The notes beneath the pieces are model-generated. The model worked only from the letters and a program-made list of their open reading frames with translations, made no database searches and had not been told where the DNA came from. This document shows, one piece after another, positions 1-9,047 of a DNA stretch of 32,000 bases; position 1 is the stretch's first letter; each line of letters starts with the position of its first letter. Made by a program: the position numbers and the translations under genes. This stretch comes from Acaryochloris thomasi RCC1774 (GTDB lineage: Bacteria > Cyanobacteriota > Cyanobacteriia > Thermosynechococcales > Thermosynechococcaceae), in assembly GCF_003231495.1 (NCBI RefSeq), contig NZ_PQWO01000009.1, positions 180,001 through 212,000 on the forward strand. The letters are read 5' to 3'.

Positions 1-197
1 TCTCGCACCGACTGCACAAACCCAGCCTCTCTCAACACTTTGAGATGATGAGAAAGCAGGCTCTGCTCTAGACCTAAGACCCGATTGATCTCATAAACAT
101 GCTGAGGACCATCCATCAGGAGCCTGATAATCGATAATCGGCTGGAGTCAGCTAAGATTTTTAACTTAATCACACAGCTCTGCGAGTTGTCGGCCAC
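1..197 (-). CDS. ArsR/SmtB-family winged-helix transcriptional regulator, partial (C-terminus lies beyond the window start)
   Basis: The minus-strand frame reads (V)ADNSQSCVIKLKILADSSRLSIIRLLMDGPQHVYEINRVLGLEQSLLSHHLKVLREAGFVQSVR. LSHHLKVLREAG is the classic ArsR recognition-helix motif. An in-frame stop lies just upstream of a candidate GTG start at 195-197. The ORF is too short or partial for the ORF track. Confidence 0.6.
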   Translation of the reverse strand, partial: MADNSQSCVIKLKILADSSRLSIIRLLMDGPQHVYEINRVLGLEQSLLSHHLKVLREAGFVQSVR

Positions 198-394
198 GGT
201 ACAGCTCAAGTTCCTAAAGAGAAAGCGAAGGTAGAGACTAGATCAAGATTGAATATACATTGATATCAATCTCTATTCATGAGTCGAATCTGAGTGTTCT
301 TTAAACCCTTGCTGAGCGTATCAGCCGTCACCGCTCATCAATATCGATAGAACCTGTGGATGAAGTAGGGCATGTTTTTCTGGGTTTGCTAGAC

Positions 395-577
395 CTAGCG
401 CAAAAGCTGGAGAGCCGTTAGTAAACCTGATACAAGCGTCAAAAGCAGCAGGATCCAGAGTACGTAACCCGGCAACATAGATAGAACCGCAAACCCACGG
501 AGGATATAAATGGCTAAAGTGCCAGCGAAGAAGAAGCTGAACCACTTCAAGGCCCAGGCAGAATTGGCTCTACTCAT
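395..577 (-). CDS. Possible small two-TM membrane protein (hypothetical)
   Basis: 60-aa ORF with two long hydrophobic stretches (WFSFFFAGTLAIYILRGFAVL and LPGYVLWILLLLTLVSGLL). It is co-directional with and upstream of the ArsR-like gene. I see no recognisable motif or clear RBS, and it overlaps another ORF (321..545) in a different frame. Confidence 0.25.
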   Translation of the reverse strand: MSRANSAWALKWFSFFFAGTLAIYILRGFAVLSMLPGYVLWILLLLTLVSGLLTALQLLR

Positions 578-790
578 GATTCTTCACAGCAGGGGGTAAG
601 ATTCTCTGATAGCAAGGATTTTGAGAGTTTGAGATGGTTAAGTTCTCTCATCTTATCGAGTCGTTGAGTCGGGGTTGCGATCGCACTTAGCTTAGCTCAC
701 TCGGGGCAAAGTTTCTTCAACTTTTTTATGCGGCCCACCATCTGCAAACTCTAACTCACAATCCCCCTTTCGTGAGTTAGGGTTATCTTT

Positions 791-1795
791 CTACCAATAA
801 GCTCCACGATCGCATACGCGAGAAAGATTTCCTGGTGTTTCCGTTGATAGAGGTCTCACCCAGTCACTATTATAGAGATTTTGATAACGTGGCCACTTGT
901 CCCATCGTGTGCCTCGAATGCCAAATAAAATCTGAACGGCTCCTCCAAGATGTATAGCTTTCTTGCCAATGTTTTTAACAAATGATGCTAAGGGCAGTCC
1001 GTAAGCACCAGCGCCAATAATTGCAATATCAAAATCTATGTTAGAAATTTTTTCACACATCCAGTCTAATGCTTCAAACCAACTTTCAAAGTCTTCGTGA
1101 TGACCATTGACTGACTGAATAGCCTTCAATGTTAGGAGTTCAAAGTCAGGAAGTACCCGTGGATCTTCAAACAGCAACTCACGCTTGAGATATTGCTGTT
1201 GAATACTCTTATCAAAGGGATGTATGACCAATACTTTCTTATTCTCTAATGCCATAGACCAAGGATTGTTATGATGATAAGGTTCTAAATCAATTAAAGG
1301 AACAGCCTTAGCCTGTTTCAAAAATGACGTCAAGCAAGATTCTCCATCTAACCATGACCCAAGGATATTGATATCTTGGATATCCGACAGCATTCTCTTA
1401 CAGAATTTGTCTAACATCACCTCATTTGATGGGAAAAAGCCTGAGTTAACCTGCATCTTATCTTTAATGAAATCATTCCACCAAAAATATCCTATGTCAC
1501 CCCTAATATATTTTATTGTTTTTGAGTATATATTCGGATTTTCTTGCATATTTCTATAAATCAAGATCGCTCTTAGCTCAGTTCGACCTAAGCGAGAAAT
1601 CATGCAAGGAGAACTATTAGTAAGCTGGTCTTTTATTAAACTGCCTGCTTCTTGATCTTGAGAATTAATCGTTAGTGGAGTGCCATCCTTAGGGACAAAA
1701 AAATCCCACTCATTTTCCCGCGAAGGACTAAATAAATTAATTCTTTTATAAATTCTTCTTGTTTTGTTTAGGATCAGTTCAGTTGTTTTATCCAT
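791..1795 (-). CDS. Hypothetical protein, possibly a GT-D-fold (DUF1792-like) glycosyltransferase
   Basis: Clean 334-aa ORF in a visibly AT-rich stretch. ISRLGRTELRAI resembles the RFGDGE-type N-terminal motif of the GT-D family, and FDIAIIGAGAYGLPLASFVKNIGKKAIHLGG resembles its C-terminal Rossmann-like motif. The family assignment is from memory only. Confidence 0.6.
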   Translation of the reverse strand: MDKTTELILNKTRRIYKRINLFSPSRENEWDFFVPKDGTPLTINSQDQEAGSLIKDQLTNSSPCMISRLGRTELRAILIYRNMQENPNIYSKTIKYIRGDIGYFWWNDFIKDKMQVNSGFFPSNEVMLDKFCKRMLSDIQDINILGSWLDGESCLTSFLKQAKAVPLIDLEPYHHNNPWSMALENKKVLVIHPFDKSIQQQYLKRELLFEDPRVLPDFELLTLKAIQSVNGHHEDFESWFEALDWMCEKISNIDFDIAIIGAGAYGLPLASFVKNIGKKAIHLGGAVQILFGIRGTRWDKWPRYQNLYNSDWVRPLSTETPGNLSRVCDRGAYW

Positions 1796-2067
1796 ATTTC
1801 TTGAGATTCAAATTGATATTTCTAGATTGAACTGGATGTTGCAAGAGATTCAAATATAGCCAAGTAAAGGACATAAAAATGGAAATACTCCTACTCAGTA
1901 ATTCCATTTTATTTTGGACTTTGCCGGTCAAATCAAATAGCCCTGAGCAAAAATCTTCTCTATTCCCCCCCCCCAGAGGACTACAACCTCAACGAACCTT
2001 TGACAGCATTACAAGGCTTTTATTAATTCGCTGTTCTCATGATTCTTTAGTTTACGAGTGATCACGC

Positions 2068-2757
2068 TTACAACCACAGCTCATTGCACAGAAAGCAGAG
2101 CGCTGCACTGCCCAGGGGAACACTCAGGTTATCGACACCAAATTTCGAAATTGATTCTAGGGCGGTAGCGGCAACTGCGACCAGAAGTGCACTAACCCAT
2201 ATCTGCCAGCTATTACCCTGGGTAAAAAGCAAAATCAAGACCACAATGGCACCACTCACGCCCGCCATCGTCAACGAACCTTCCCAGCTCTTATTCATGC
2301 CCCAAAGCTGATACGGATGCCTTCCCCATCGCTGACCCACAATGGCCGCAAGGCCATCTCCCCAAGTCATGATTAAGATGCCGATGGCCGCATATTGGGG
2401 CAAGGCCAGGGGCCAAAACCAGCCCACCAATAACCCGATACTAACGGCATAGAAAAATGTACCCAGGCTCTTACGTCCCGTACCGCTGGTGCTAGACAAA
2501 ATTGGATATCGGTAAGATAGCAGCATCACAAGGCTGAAAAAGACAGAAGCTGTTAGCCCAATCCAGGTCGGAAACTGGAACCACCAAGCCAGTAAAACAA
2601 CGTTGCCGACGCCAATGTGGACAACTTTACGATTCACTTCTGGGTCCGTTTTACCCTGATGCTTCAGGTATTCTGCAAGTCCAAAAACACCTACAACCCA
2701 GGCCCCCGCCAGTGCGAGCTGAAGATAAAACTGAAGTGGAGCAATAAGCCAATCCAT
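2068..2757 (-). CDS. Phytol kinase / polyprenol kinase-like integral membrane protein (CTP-dependent cytidylyltransferase-type family)
   Basis: 229-aa polytopic membrane ORF. NRKVVHIGVGNVVLLAWWF and TWGDGLAAIVGQRWGRHPY match motifs of cyanobacterial VTE5-type phytol kinases and the dolichol kinase family. Confidence 0.65.
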   Translation of the reverse strand: MDWLIAPLQFYLQLALAGAWVVGVFGLAEYLKHQGKTDPEVNRKVVHIGVGNVVLLAWWFQFPTWIGLTASVFFSLVMLLSYRYPILSSTSGTGRKSLGTFFYAVSIGLLVGWFWPLALPQYAAIGILIMTWGDGLAAIVGQRWGRHPYQLWGMNKSWEGSLTMAGVSGAIVVLILLFTQGNSWQIWVSALLVAVAATALESISKFGVDNLSVPLGSAALCFLCNELWL

Positions 2758-2970
2758 ACAGCAGAACGTTGCGAATGTCGTTGATGTCGCTCCTGCTCAG
2801 GCAGCAAGCCGTTCAGAAACCCACGCATCTTACTGTAGTTGATTGCGGTTTCATCTGAACAGAGACAGAGAAACGCCTCATGCCTGACTTCGCGGAGGTT
2901 TTTACTTTTGCGAATTGTGAGAGAGAGCCAACGATGAAACAGCCCGACTCAACAGCCCGACTCAACAGCC

Positions 2971-5073
2971 TCAGACTTGGGCGTACTCTCCGGTCAGCTT
3001 AGTCAGCTGCTGTACCAAAAGACTGAGGAATAGGCCAACATCGGTGACAACGCCGATCGACTCAATGGAACCGCGATCGCTGAGCTTTGTTACCACCGCT
3101 GGATTAATATCCACACAGACCATCTTCACGCCCGCAGGCGTCATGTTGCCCACACCAATAGAATGCAGCATCGTTGACAGCATCAAAATCAGGTCTGCGC
3201 CTTCAATCAGGCGCGCATAGTCGGCCTGAGCCTCCAGTAAGTCCATCTTGGTATCCGGCAGGGGGCCATCATCTCGGATCGACCCAGCCAGAGAGAAGGG
3301 AACGTTGTGCTTGACGCATTCGTACATCACGCCGCTGCGTAAGGTGCCCTGCTCCACCGCGTTAGCAATACTGCCGCAGCGACGAATGGCGTTAATCGCC
3401 TTGAGGTGATGACGGTGCCCGCCATGAACGGAGACGCCCCGCTTCATATCCATCCCCAGGGAGGTGCCCATCATGGATTGCTCGATGTCGTGAACGGCGA
3501 TCGCATTTCCCCCCAGAAGCGCATGAACATACCCCTCTCGAATCAGCCTGTTGAGATGCTCACTACCGCCGGTATGGATGACCACCGGCCCCGCCGTCAC
3601 CACGACTTTGCCGCCCTGATCTCGAATCCGGCGCAAGTCCCAGGCAATTTGTTCGACGACTAATTCCACGCGACGCTCACTGGAAACGCCAGCGCCCATG
3701 AAGCCAAATTCTTCCGATGCGCCTTTTTTGAGCGTTGTCGCTGTGCGCTTGGTGCGAATGCCCTCACTGCCGACCACAACTGATTCGCCGACCTGTAAAT
3801 CTCTCAGTAGCTTGCAGCGGGCAGCGATACCACTGTTAGTTTGAGTGATTGCGATCGCACCATCCATCCGCTGACCTTGAACCCTGATCCATTGCCCCTC
3901 GATCAAGACTTCGGTGGGATAGATCGCCGTCACATAGAAATCATCCGGCGCAACGCCCGCCTGAACAACGGCCTCTAGCTCAGCATCAACCGCTTCTTCC
4001 GTGACGCTCACCGCACCGAGGTCCACTAACTGCCCCATAATGTCGGCAATGACGTCCGTATCCGGGGCTGAAACCTTGACTTCTGCAGTCGAAATATCCT
4101 GACGCTGTTCGCCCAGATCAAAATTTAGAACCTGGAAACTGCCGCCCCCCGCCACAATCGTATCCAGCGCTCGATTGACTAGACCCGTATCGAGTAAATG
4201 GCCTTCAAGATGAACAATACGACTTTGAATCGTGGAAGCCTGGGGCGAAGCGTGGCGCGGCTCTGTGGTCCTTAGAGTCAGACATTTGGCAGCCCCACCC
4301 GCCTTCAGAAATTCTGTGAGGGGCGTTTCAACCACGGTAAAGCCACAATCGCCGAGGCTTTGCTTGAGGCGATCGCTAACGTGGTTCATCACCACCACGC
4401 GATCAATATTTACGGCGTTACAGGCAAAGGTAACGGCATCTACCTCCTCAACCGCAATTCGCTTCTCAGCCGGGACACGCCGCTCAATCAAGTGATTGGA
4501 GTAGGTGTCAAAAGCTGGCGGATAGTAGAGCAGATACCCGTCCGTAAGCGGACAAAAGCAGGTATCTAGGTGGTAGAAGCGCCGGTCGACTAACCGCAGG
4601 GACAGCACTTCTACATCTAACCACTGGGCCAAATAAGGGTGGGAGTCCAGTTCAGAGCGAAACCCGTAGCCCGCCCATAGCCAGCCTCCGGCCCGATCGA
4701 GCAGCGCATCTCCGGCTCCTTCAAAGGGCAGGCTTTTGGGCAACGTATGCACGGTGTAGCCCTGATCTGTAAACCACTGTTGGAAATAGGGTTCTTCACC
4801 CTGCCGTTCAGGATGGAAAAAACGACTGAGCACGACGGTGTTGTCTAGAACCAGCCCTGCATTAGCGGTAAAAACCATATCTGGCCACCCCGGTTGAGGC
4901 TCCACTAGATCAACCGTCGCGTAGGTTTTCAAGACCCGATGCAGCTCATCCCACTGCAGTTCAGCACGGTCCCGCGACGAACGATGGATATTGCCCTCCA
5001 TCCAAGGGTTGATCACGTAATCGACATCATAATGATGCGGGGCACACATCAAAATTCGTACTGAATCGGTCAT
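2971..5073 (-). CDS. agrE: Bifunctional arginine dihydrolase / ornithine cyclodeaminase-like enzyme (guanidine-removing N-domain plus LOR/SDH-like C-domain)
   Basis: 700 aa. The N-terminus, MTDSVRILMCAPHHYDVDYVINPWMEGN...WPDMVFTANAG...FEGAGDAL...FYHLDTCFCPL...GGAAKCLTLR, is the amidinotransferase-fold signature that I recognise from Synechocystis ArgZ (Sll1336) and Anabaena AgrE (Alr4995). Both length and two-domain layout match. Confidence 0.88.
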   Translation of the reverse strand: MTDSVRILMCAPHHYDVDYVINPWMEGNIHRSSRDRAELQWDELHRVLKTYATVDLVEPQPGWPDMVFTANAGLVLDNTVVLSRFFHPERQGEEPYFQQWFTDQGYTVHTLPKSLPFEGAGDALLDRAGGWLWAGYGFRSELDSHPYLAQWLDVEVLSLRLVDRRFYHLDTCFCPLTDGYLLYYPPAFDTYSNHLIERRVPAEKRIAVEEVDAVTFACNAVNIDRVVVMNHVSDRLKQSLGDCGFTVVETPLTEFLKAGGAAKCLTLRTTEPRHASPQASTIQSRIVHLEGHLLDTGLVNRALDTIVAGGGSFQVLNFDLGEQRQDISTAEVKVSAPDTDVIADIMGQLVDLGAVSVTEEAVDAELEAVVQAGVAPDDFYVTAIYPTEVLIEGQWIRVQGQRMDGAIAITQTNSGIAARCKLLRDLQVGESVVVGSEGIRTKRTATTLKKGASEEFGFMGAGVSSERRVELVVEQIAWDLRRIRDQGGKVVVTAGPVVIHTGGSEHLNRLIREGYVHALLGGNAIAVHDIEQSMMGTSLGMDMKRGVSVHGGHRHHLKAINAIRRCGSIANAVEQGTLRSGVMYECVKHNVPFSLAGSIRDDGPLPDTKMDLLEAQADYARLIEGADLILMLSTMLHSIGVGNMTPAGVKMVCVDINPAVVTKLSDRGSIESIGVVTDVGLFLSLLVQQLTKLTGEYAQV

Positions 5074-5190
5074 GGTTCACTCATTGAAAAATTTTTCTAG
5101 ACTGAAAGCAACGGAGCGCTTCCCTTCATAAAAGGCCTCATTAATAGTAGCGATTCGTGCTCTGCTCGAATACGTCGAATCGCTGAATTT

Positions 5191-5226
5191 TCCCTTCTAA
5201 AGTCAAAAGTCTATGACTTTAGAAGG
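5191..5226 (-). terminator. Perfect 14-bp stem-loop between the DUF2283 gene and agrE (possible terminator or insulator)
   Basis: CCCTTCTAAAGTCA-aaagtcta-TGACTTTAGAAGGG, about 40 nt downstream of the DUF2283 stop. No U-tract follows on the minus strand, so intrinsic-terminator status is doubtful. Confidence 0.3.
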
Positions 5227-5266
5227 GATGACGATCTAAGTTGAGGGATAGGACAAGTGTTGTTGC

Positions 5267-5500
5267 CTAACTTTTTGCACTGGGCTGAGGTTTGTTAACG
5301 TTCGCTTCGCCCACCAGATAGGCAATGGAGTATGGATTATCAACCTTTGTCGAAGCTTTTCTGATCTCTACGCCCACAACGGTACCGTCTTCGTCATAGT
5401 CTAAGACCAAGCCTGGTGCGATTTGCGTCGTTTCCTCAATGACGGTTGTAATAAAGGCAATTTGTAAAATATCTTTGTCTGGGTCGTAAACAACTTTCAT
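5267..5500 (-). CDS. DUF2283 domain protein (small antitoxin-like protein)
   Basis: 77 aa. MKVVYDPDKDILQIAF...PGLVLDYDEDGTVVGVEIRKAS is the canonical DUF2283 pattern (YDxexDxLyI...vlDyDxxGxivGiEi). Confidence 0.75.
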   Translation of the reverse strand: MKVVYDPDKDILQIAFITTVIEETTQIAPGLVLDYDEDGTVVGVEIRKASTKVDNPYSIAYLVGEANVNKPQPSAKS

Positions 5501-5771
5501 GCAATATGATGTCCTTCATCTTGATAACGCACTGTTCGCCAACATGAACGGGGCAGAGTCGAAGCTCTGGAAACAGCCCATGTTTGATAACCCCAATTAC
5601 AAACAATGAGCATAAATCATACGGATAGACCGGATCAATCAACTGCATCATCCATCACATAAAGGAAGTCTCTCGCGTTTGCTTCCAGCAGGATCCTTCA
5701 ACCCCTGCGGGGACAGATTTGTATTGACAGCGGAGGCTATAGTATTGAGTGATCCTGAGTCTAGTTAATTT

Positions 5772-7484
5772 ATGTCGAAGCCTGAATGCATGTCTCCCGA
5801 TGCTTCACTGCAGCATTCTACCGTTCGTCCCATCGGTGTATATGCCCTCACAGGACTGACGACGGATGGCGATCGCATCTTGGCCGTTGATACCGTTCGG
5901 GGCTACCTGCTCTCTATTGATCCACTCACGAATAACACCATTATCCTGAACCCTCATCAGGTTTCAGACTGGCTCGATGTCACGGGATTAACCCTGCACC
6001 AGGATACGTTCTGGTTTGCGAAGGATCAGGAGGTGTTTTGTTGCGATAGCCAAGGGCTGCTCGGAGACCATCGCGCGCCCCTAGAACAAAGGCATTTTGC
6101 TCACCTACCGTATCCTGTCGCCGGGGTGGCCGTGGGGCCGTCAGCGATCTATGTGAGCTGTCAAAAGTCTGGCTATATCCATGTTTTTGACCCCGCCACC
6201 GGCAAACCGTTAGATAAATTTCCTCAGCCCGGTGTGGGTTCTGAAACATTGACGGTGGCGGATGAACGGCTGTGGGTTTGCGATCGCGATGAGCAAACGG
6301 TTTATTGCCTCGATCCCGCCACTGGAGCCATTCAGTACAGCGCTCTAACCCCCTTCAGCTCCCCTACAGGAATCGCATTTTATACACCGAAGAATCAAGT
6401 GCCCATTTGCTATGTGGTGTACACCGATGAAGAACCCTATATACGGGATGATCCCAATGCCGAATCGCCCTATCAGCTGACCTTTCGCGATCGCACCTTT
6501 ATCCATCCCCTGTGTCTCCACCACAACCCAACAGAACATTACACACTCTCCAATGGTTACTTGGTAGAGCTGTCCTACGTCGAAGAACTGCTCTCCATCG
6601 AAGACGTAACCCTCAATAACGTTGAGTGGCGCATTGCCCTACCTTCTGAGACACAGCGTCAGCGCATCCGCCATATCGAGCCAATCGGCCATCCGTTCAC
6701 AATCGAAGAACAGAATGGGCAAAAGGTGGCCGTTTTCAAATTCGACCAGATCAAGCCCGATCAAGGCGGTCTTTTGGGCTGGAAAGCCACTGTTGAAATG
6801 TATAGCCTCAAGTATTCTCTAACCCCCGACGATATCGACTCGAATCTGACACTTGCTCCCGAGCTGCAAGCGCAATATTTGGTCGATGACGATGATCTGG
6901 CAATGGATACGTTCACTATTCAGGCCGCTGCGAAAGAGGCCGCAGGCACAGAAACAAACGTGCTACGGAAGATGCTCAAAATCCGCAACTACGTCTACGA
7001 TCGTCTTTCCTACGGCATCCGGCCCAAAATTGATACGCCTGATGTGGCCTTGGAGCGGGGCATTGGCTCCTGCGGCGAATACGTCGGGGTCTTGCTCGCC
7101 CTAGCTCGCCTGAACGGAATTGCCTGTCGCACCATTGGCCGCTACAAATGTCCTCAACATCCTGAATATCGCCATCTGCCCTTAGAGCCAGACTTTAACC
7201 ATGTGTGGCTAGAGTTTTATGTTCCTGGGATTGGCTGGCTACCGATGGAATCCAATGTCGATGACGTCATCGATCGCGGCCCGTACCCTGAGCGTTTCTT
7301 CATGGGCCTATCCTGGTATCACACTGAACTGGGCAAAGGTATCCCCTTTGCAAAAATGAAGGCTGACAACAAGCCAGAAGGTCTTTCCATGGGAGACTTA
7401 GCCATCAATCATATTCGCTTTAGGATTTTAGATGAGCTAATTCCTCAGCCTGTTGGCACAGACTCGGGAGTTGAGAGTCGTTGA
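5772..7484 (+). CDS. Transglutaminase-like (TGc) cysteine-protease-core protein with an N-terminal repeat (beta-propeller-like) region
   Basis: 570 aa. The C-terminal core reads GIGSCGEYVGVLLALARLNGIACRTIG...FNHVWLEFYVPGIGWLPMESN, a Cys/His/acidic arrangement as in the transglutaminase-like superfamily with Glu in the usual Asp position. The N-terminal half has repeated strand motifs (YIHVFDPATGKPL, VYCLDPATGAI). Confidence 0.8.
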   Translation: MSKPECMSPDASLQHSTVRPIGVYALTGLTTDGDRILAVDTVRGYLLSIDPLTNNTIILNPHQVSDWLDVTGLTLHQDTFWFAKDQEVFCCDSQGLLGDHRAPLEQRHFAHLPYPVAGVAVGPSAIYVSCQKSGYIHVFDPATGKPLDKFPQPGVGSETLTVADERLWVCDRDEQTVYCLDPATGAIQYSALTPFSSPTGIAFYTPKNQVPICYVVYTDEEPYIRDDPNAESPYQLTFRDRTFIHPLCLHHNPTEHYTLSNGYLVELSYVEELLSIEDVTLNNVEWRIALPSETQRQRIRHIEPIGHPFTIEEQNGQKVAVFKFDQIKPDQGGLLGWKATVEMYSLKYSLTPDDIDSNLTLAPELQAQYLVDDDDLAMDTFTIQAAAKEAAGTETNVLRKMLKIRNYVYDRLSYGIRPKIDTPDVALERGIGSCGEYVGVLLALARLNGIACRTIGRYKCPQHPEYRHLPLEPDFNHVWLEFYVPGIGWLPMESNVDDVIDRGPYPERFFMGLSWYHTELGKGIPFAKMKADNKPEGLSMGDLAINHIRFRILDELIPQPVGTDSGVESR

Positions 7485-7682
7485 AAAGTCAATCAGAGAG
7501 GACAGAAATCTAGATTGCTTTCTATGAAAAATGCTGCTGCTGGCACAATACACTTGGGCAAAATTTACTGTCGAAAGAATAGATCTTCAACTCCCCTAGA
7601 AGGGAAGGTTTTGGGGCAAGATGTAGCAGACGGGAGGTTGACCCTACAACCTTTTGGGGCCAAAGCATCCAAACACTCTGTA

Positions 7683-7908
7683 AGTAGCGAGGCAGAATCA
7701 AGTTAAAGATCAGATATTAGCAAATGCTCTACATGGCCCTCACCCCCAGCCCCTCTCCCAATGTTGGGAGAGGGGAGAAAGATCCCCTCGCTATCTGCCT
7801 TTCTCCCCCTTCGCCCAGTATTGGGAGAGGGCGGCTGGGGGGGGTGAGGGCCAATGCAACGATATTGAATTTAATCAGGAATCTTCAAGTCAATTAAGCC
7901 TATCTACT
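7683..7908 (+). mobile_element. MITE copy A (about 226 bp) with imperfect terminal inverted repeats, TA flanks and a GC-rich central palindrome
   Basis: Flanked by TA at 7681-7682 and 7909-7910. The ends are AGTAGCGAGGCAG...GCCTATCTACT. The core is GGCCCTCACCCCCAGCCCCTCTCCCAATGTTGGGAGAGGGG...GGTGAGGGCC. It is the reverse complement of the element at 22846..23013, except for an extra internal segment of about 55 bp (about 7768..7823) that looks like a degenerate duplication of one hairpin arm. Confidence 0.75.
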
Positions 7909-7937
7909 TACTCACTTAGTTCTTTACTAAATAAGCA

Positions 7938-8870
7938 ATGTCAAATTCTTATTCCTTGATGATTCATGGTGGTTCAGGTTCTTTGGAGGATCTGAAATAC
8001 GAGGCAGGCGAAGCCGAGTTCAGGGAGAGCATCAACACAATTCTAGAGAAGGGCCGTCATCGCCTAGAACAAGGAGATAGCGCCCTAGATGTGGTGGAGT
8101 ACTGCGTAACGCTTTTAGAGAATGATCGACTTTATAACGCAGGGCGAGGATCTGTTCTCAATGCCAAGGGAAAAGTAGAAATGGATGCCGCGATCATGAG
8201 CGGGAGAGATCTAGGGGCAGGGGCAGTAGCCTGCGTTGAGCAGGTTAAAAACCCGATCGCTGTGGCGCGTCGCGTGCTGGAGAAAGGAGAGCATGTCCTG
8301 CTGATGGGGTATGGAGCATTAGAATTTGCAAAATTGTGCCAGCTCGAAACCTGCCCTGAGGATTATTTCATTACTGAAAACCGGATTCAGCAGTTAGCAG
8401 AGGCACAGGCTGCAGGGCGAATTACGTTAGACCATGAGCGCGTCAAGCCACACTCCGAAAAACTAGGAACAGTGGGAGCTGTTGCCCGCGATCTGCAAGG
8501 TGATCTTGCAGCGGCAACTTCTACGGGGGGATTGGTGAACAATCACTGGGGCCGAGTCGGGGATACGCCAGTCGTTGGGGCGGGCGTATATGCCGACAAC
8601 CAAAGCTGTGCAGTCTCGGCAACTGGCTATGGAGAGGAGTTCTTGCGCACGGTGTTAGCGAAAACAATTTCTGTGTTTGTTGAATTTAAGGGCATGGATG
8701 CTGAGGCGGCAGCGAAGGCCGGGGTTGATTATCTAGTCAGGCGCGTGCAGGGAGAGGGTGGAGTGATTGTTATTGATACTGCGGGGCGTTGTGCTGCAGC
8801 TCAGTCAACGTCGGGCCTGATTTGCGGCTGGATTGAGATGGGGGGAGAAGCACACTGCACCTTAGGTTAA
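7938..8870 (+). CDS. iaaA: Isoaspartyl peptidase / L-asparaginase (plant-type Ntn hydrolase); candidate beta-Asp-Arg dipeptidase
   Basis: 310 aa. It starts LMIHGGSG, has the autoprocessing and nucleophile site EKLGTVGAVARD, then STGG and VVGAGVYAD. These are the standard motifs of the IaaA/All3922 family. Confidence 0.88.
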   Translation: MSNSYSLMIHGGSGSLEDLKYEAGEAEFRESINTILEKGRHRLEQGDSALDVVEYCVTLLENDRLYNAGRGSVLNAKGKVEMDAAIMSGRDLGAGAVACVEQVKNPIAVARRVLEKGEHVLLMGYGALEFAKLCQLETCPEDYFITENRIQQLAEAQAAGRITLDHERVKPHSEKLGTVGAVARDLQGDLAAATSTGGLVNNHWGRVGDTPVVGAGVYADNQSCAVSATGYGEEFLRTVLAKTISVFVEFKGMDAEAAAKAGVDYLVRRVQGEGGVIVIDTAGRCAAAQSTSGLICGWIEMGGEAHCTLG

Positions 8871-9047
8871 ACGTATTAGCAAGCTTACAAACTTGAGACT
8901 ATATTTTGAATCACCCATAGCTGCCTTGTCATCCCTAAAGCATTTCTAGGGATGGCCTGACTGTCGTGCGAGTGTTACATCTTTTGGGCCATTTCTGACA
9001 AAAGCCCACGAGTTCAATACTGTGTCTGCTAAGGCTCAGAGCACAAT

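Noticed and set aside
1879-2061. 60-aa plus-strand ORF in the AT-rich spacer
   Set aside because: Its translation is low-complexity (poly-Pro from a C-run), it has no RBS, and it lies in probable intergenic DNA.
7515-7706. 63-aa plus-strand ORF downstream of the transglutaminase-like gene
   Set aside because: Its 3' end runs into the MITE arm, and the same SEAESS tail is created where the other copy interrupts intI. I see no RBS or motif, so it is likely spurious.
7727-7850. GC-rich palindromic repeats considered as a CRISPR array or a coding PLSQxWERG repeat
   Set aside because: There are only two loci in the window. They lack regular repeat-spacer periodicity and are embedded in conserved arms of about 60 bp with terminal inverted repeats and TA flanks. 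This is MITE architecture, not CRISPR.
8930-8954. 8-bp stem-loop CATCCCTA-(9 nt)-TAGGGATG between the convergent iaaA and Rieske-TPP genes, considered as a bidirectional terminator; the similar 9-bp stem at 751..780 was also considered
   Set aside because: The stems are short, no U-tract follows on either strand, and the hairpins are not GC-rich. That is insufficient to call a terminator.
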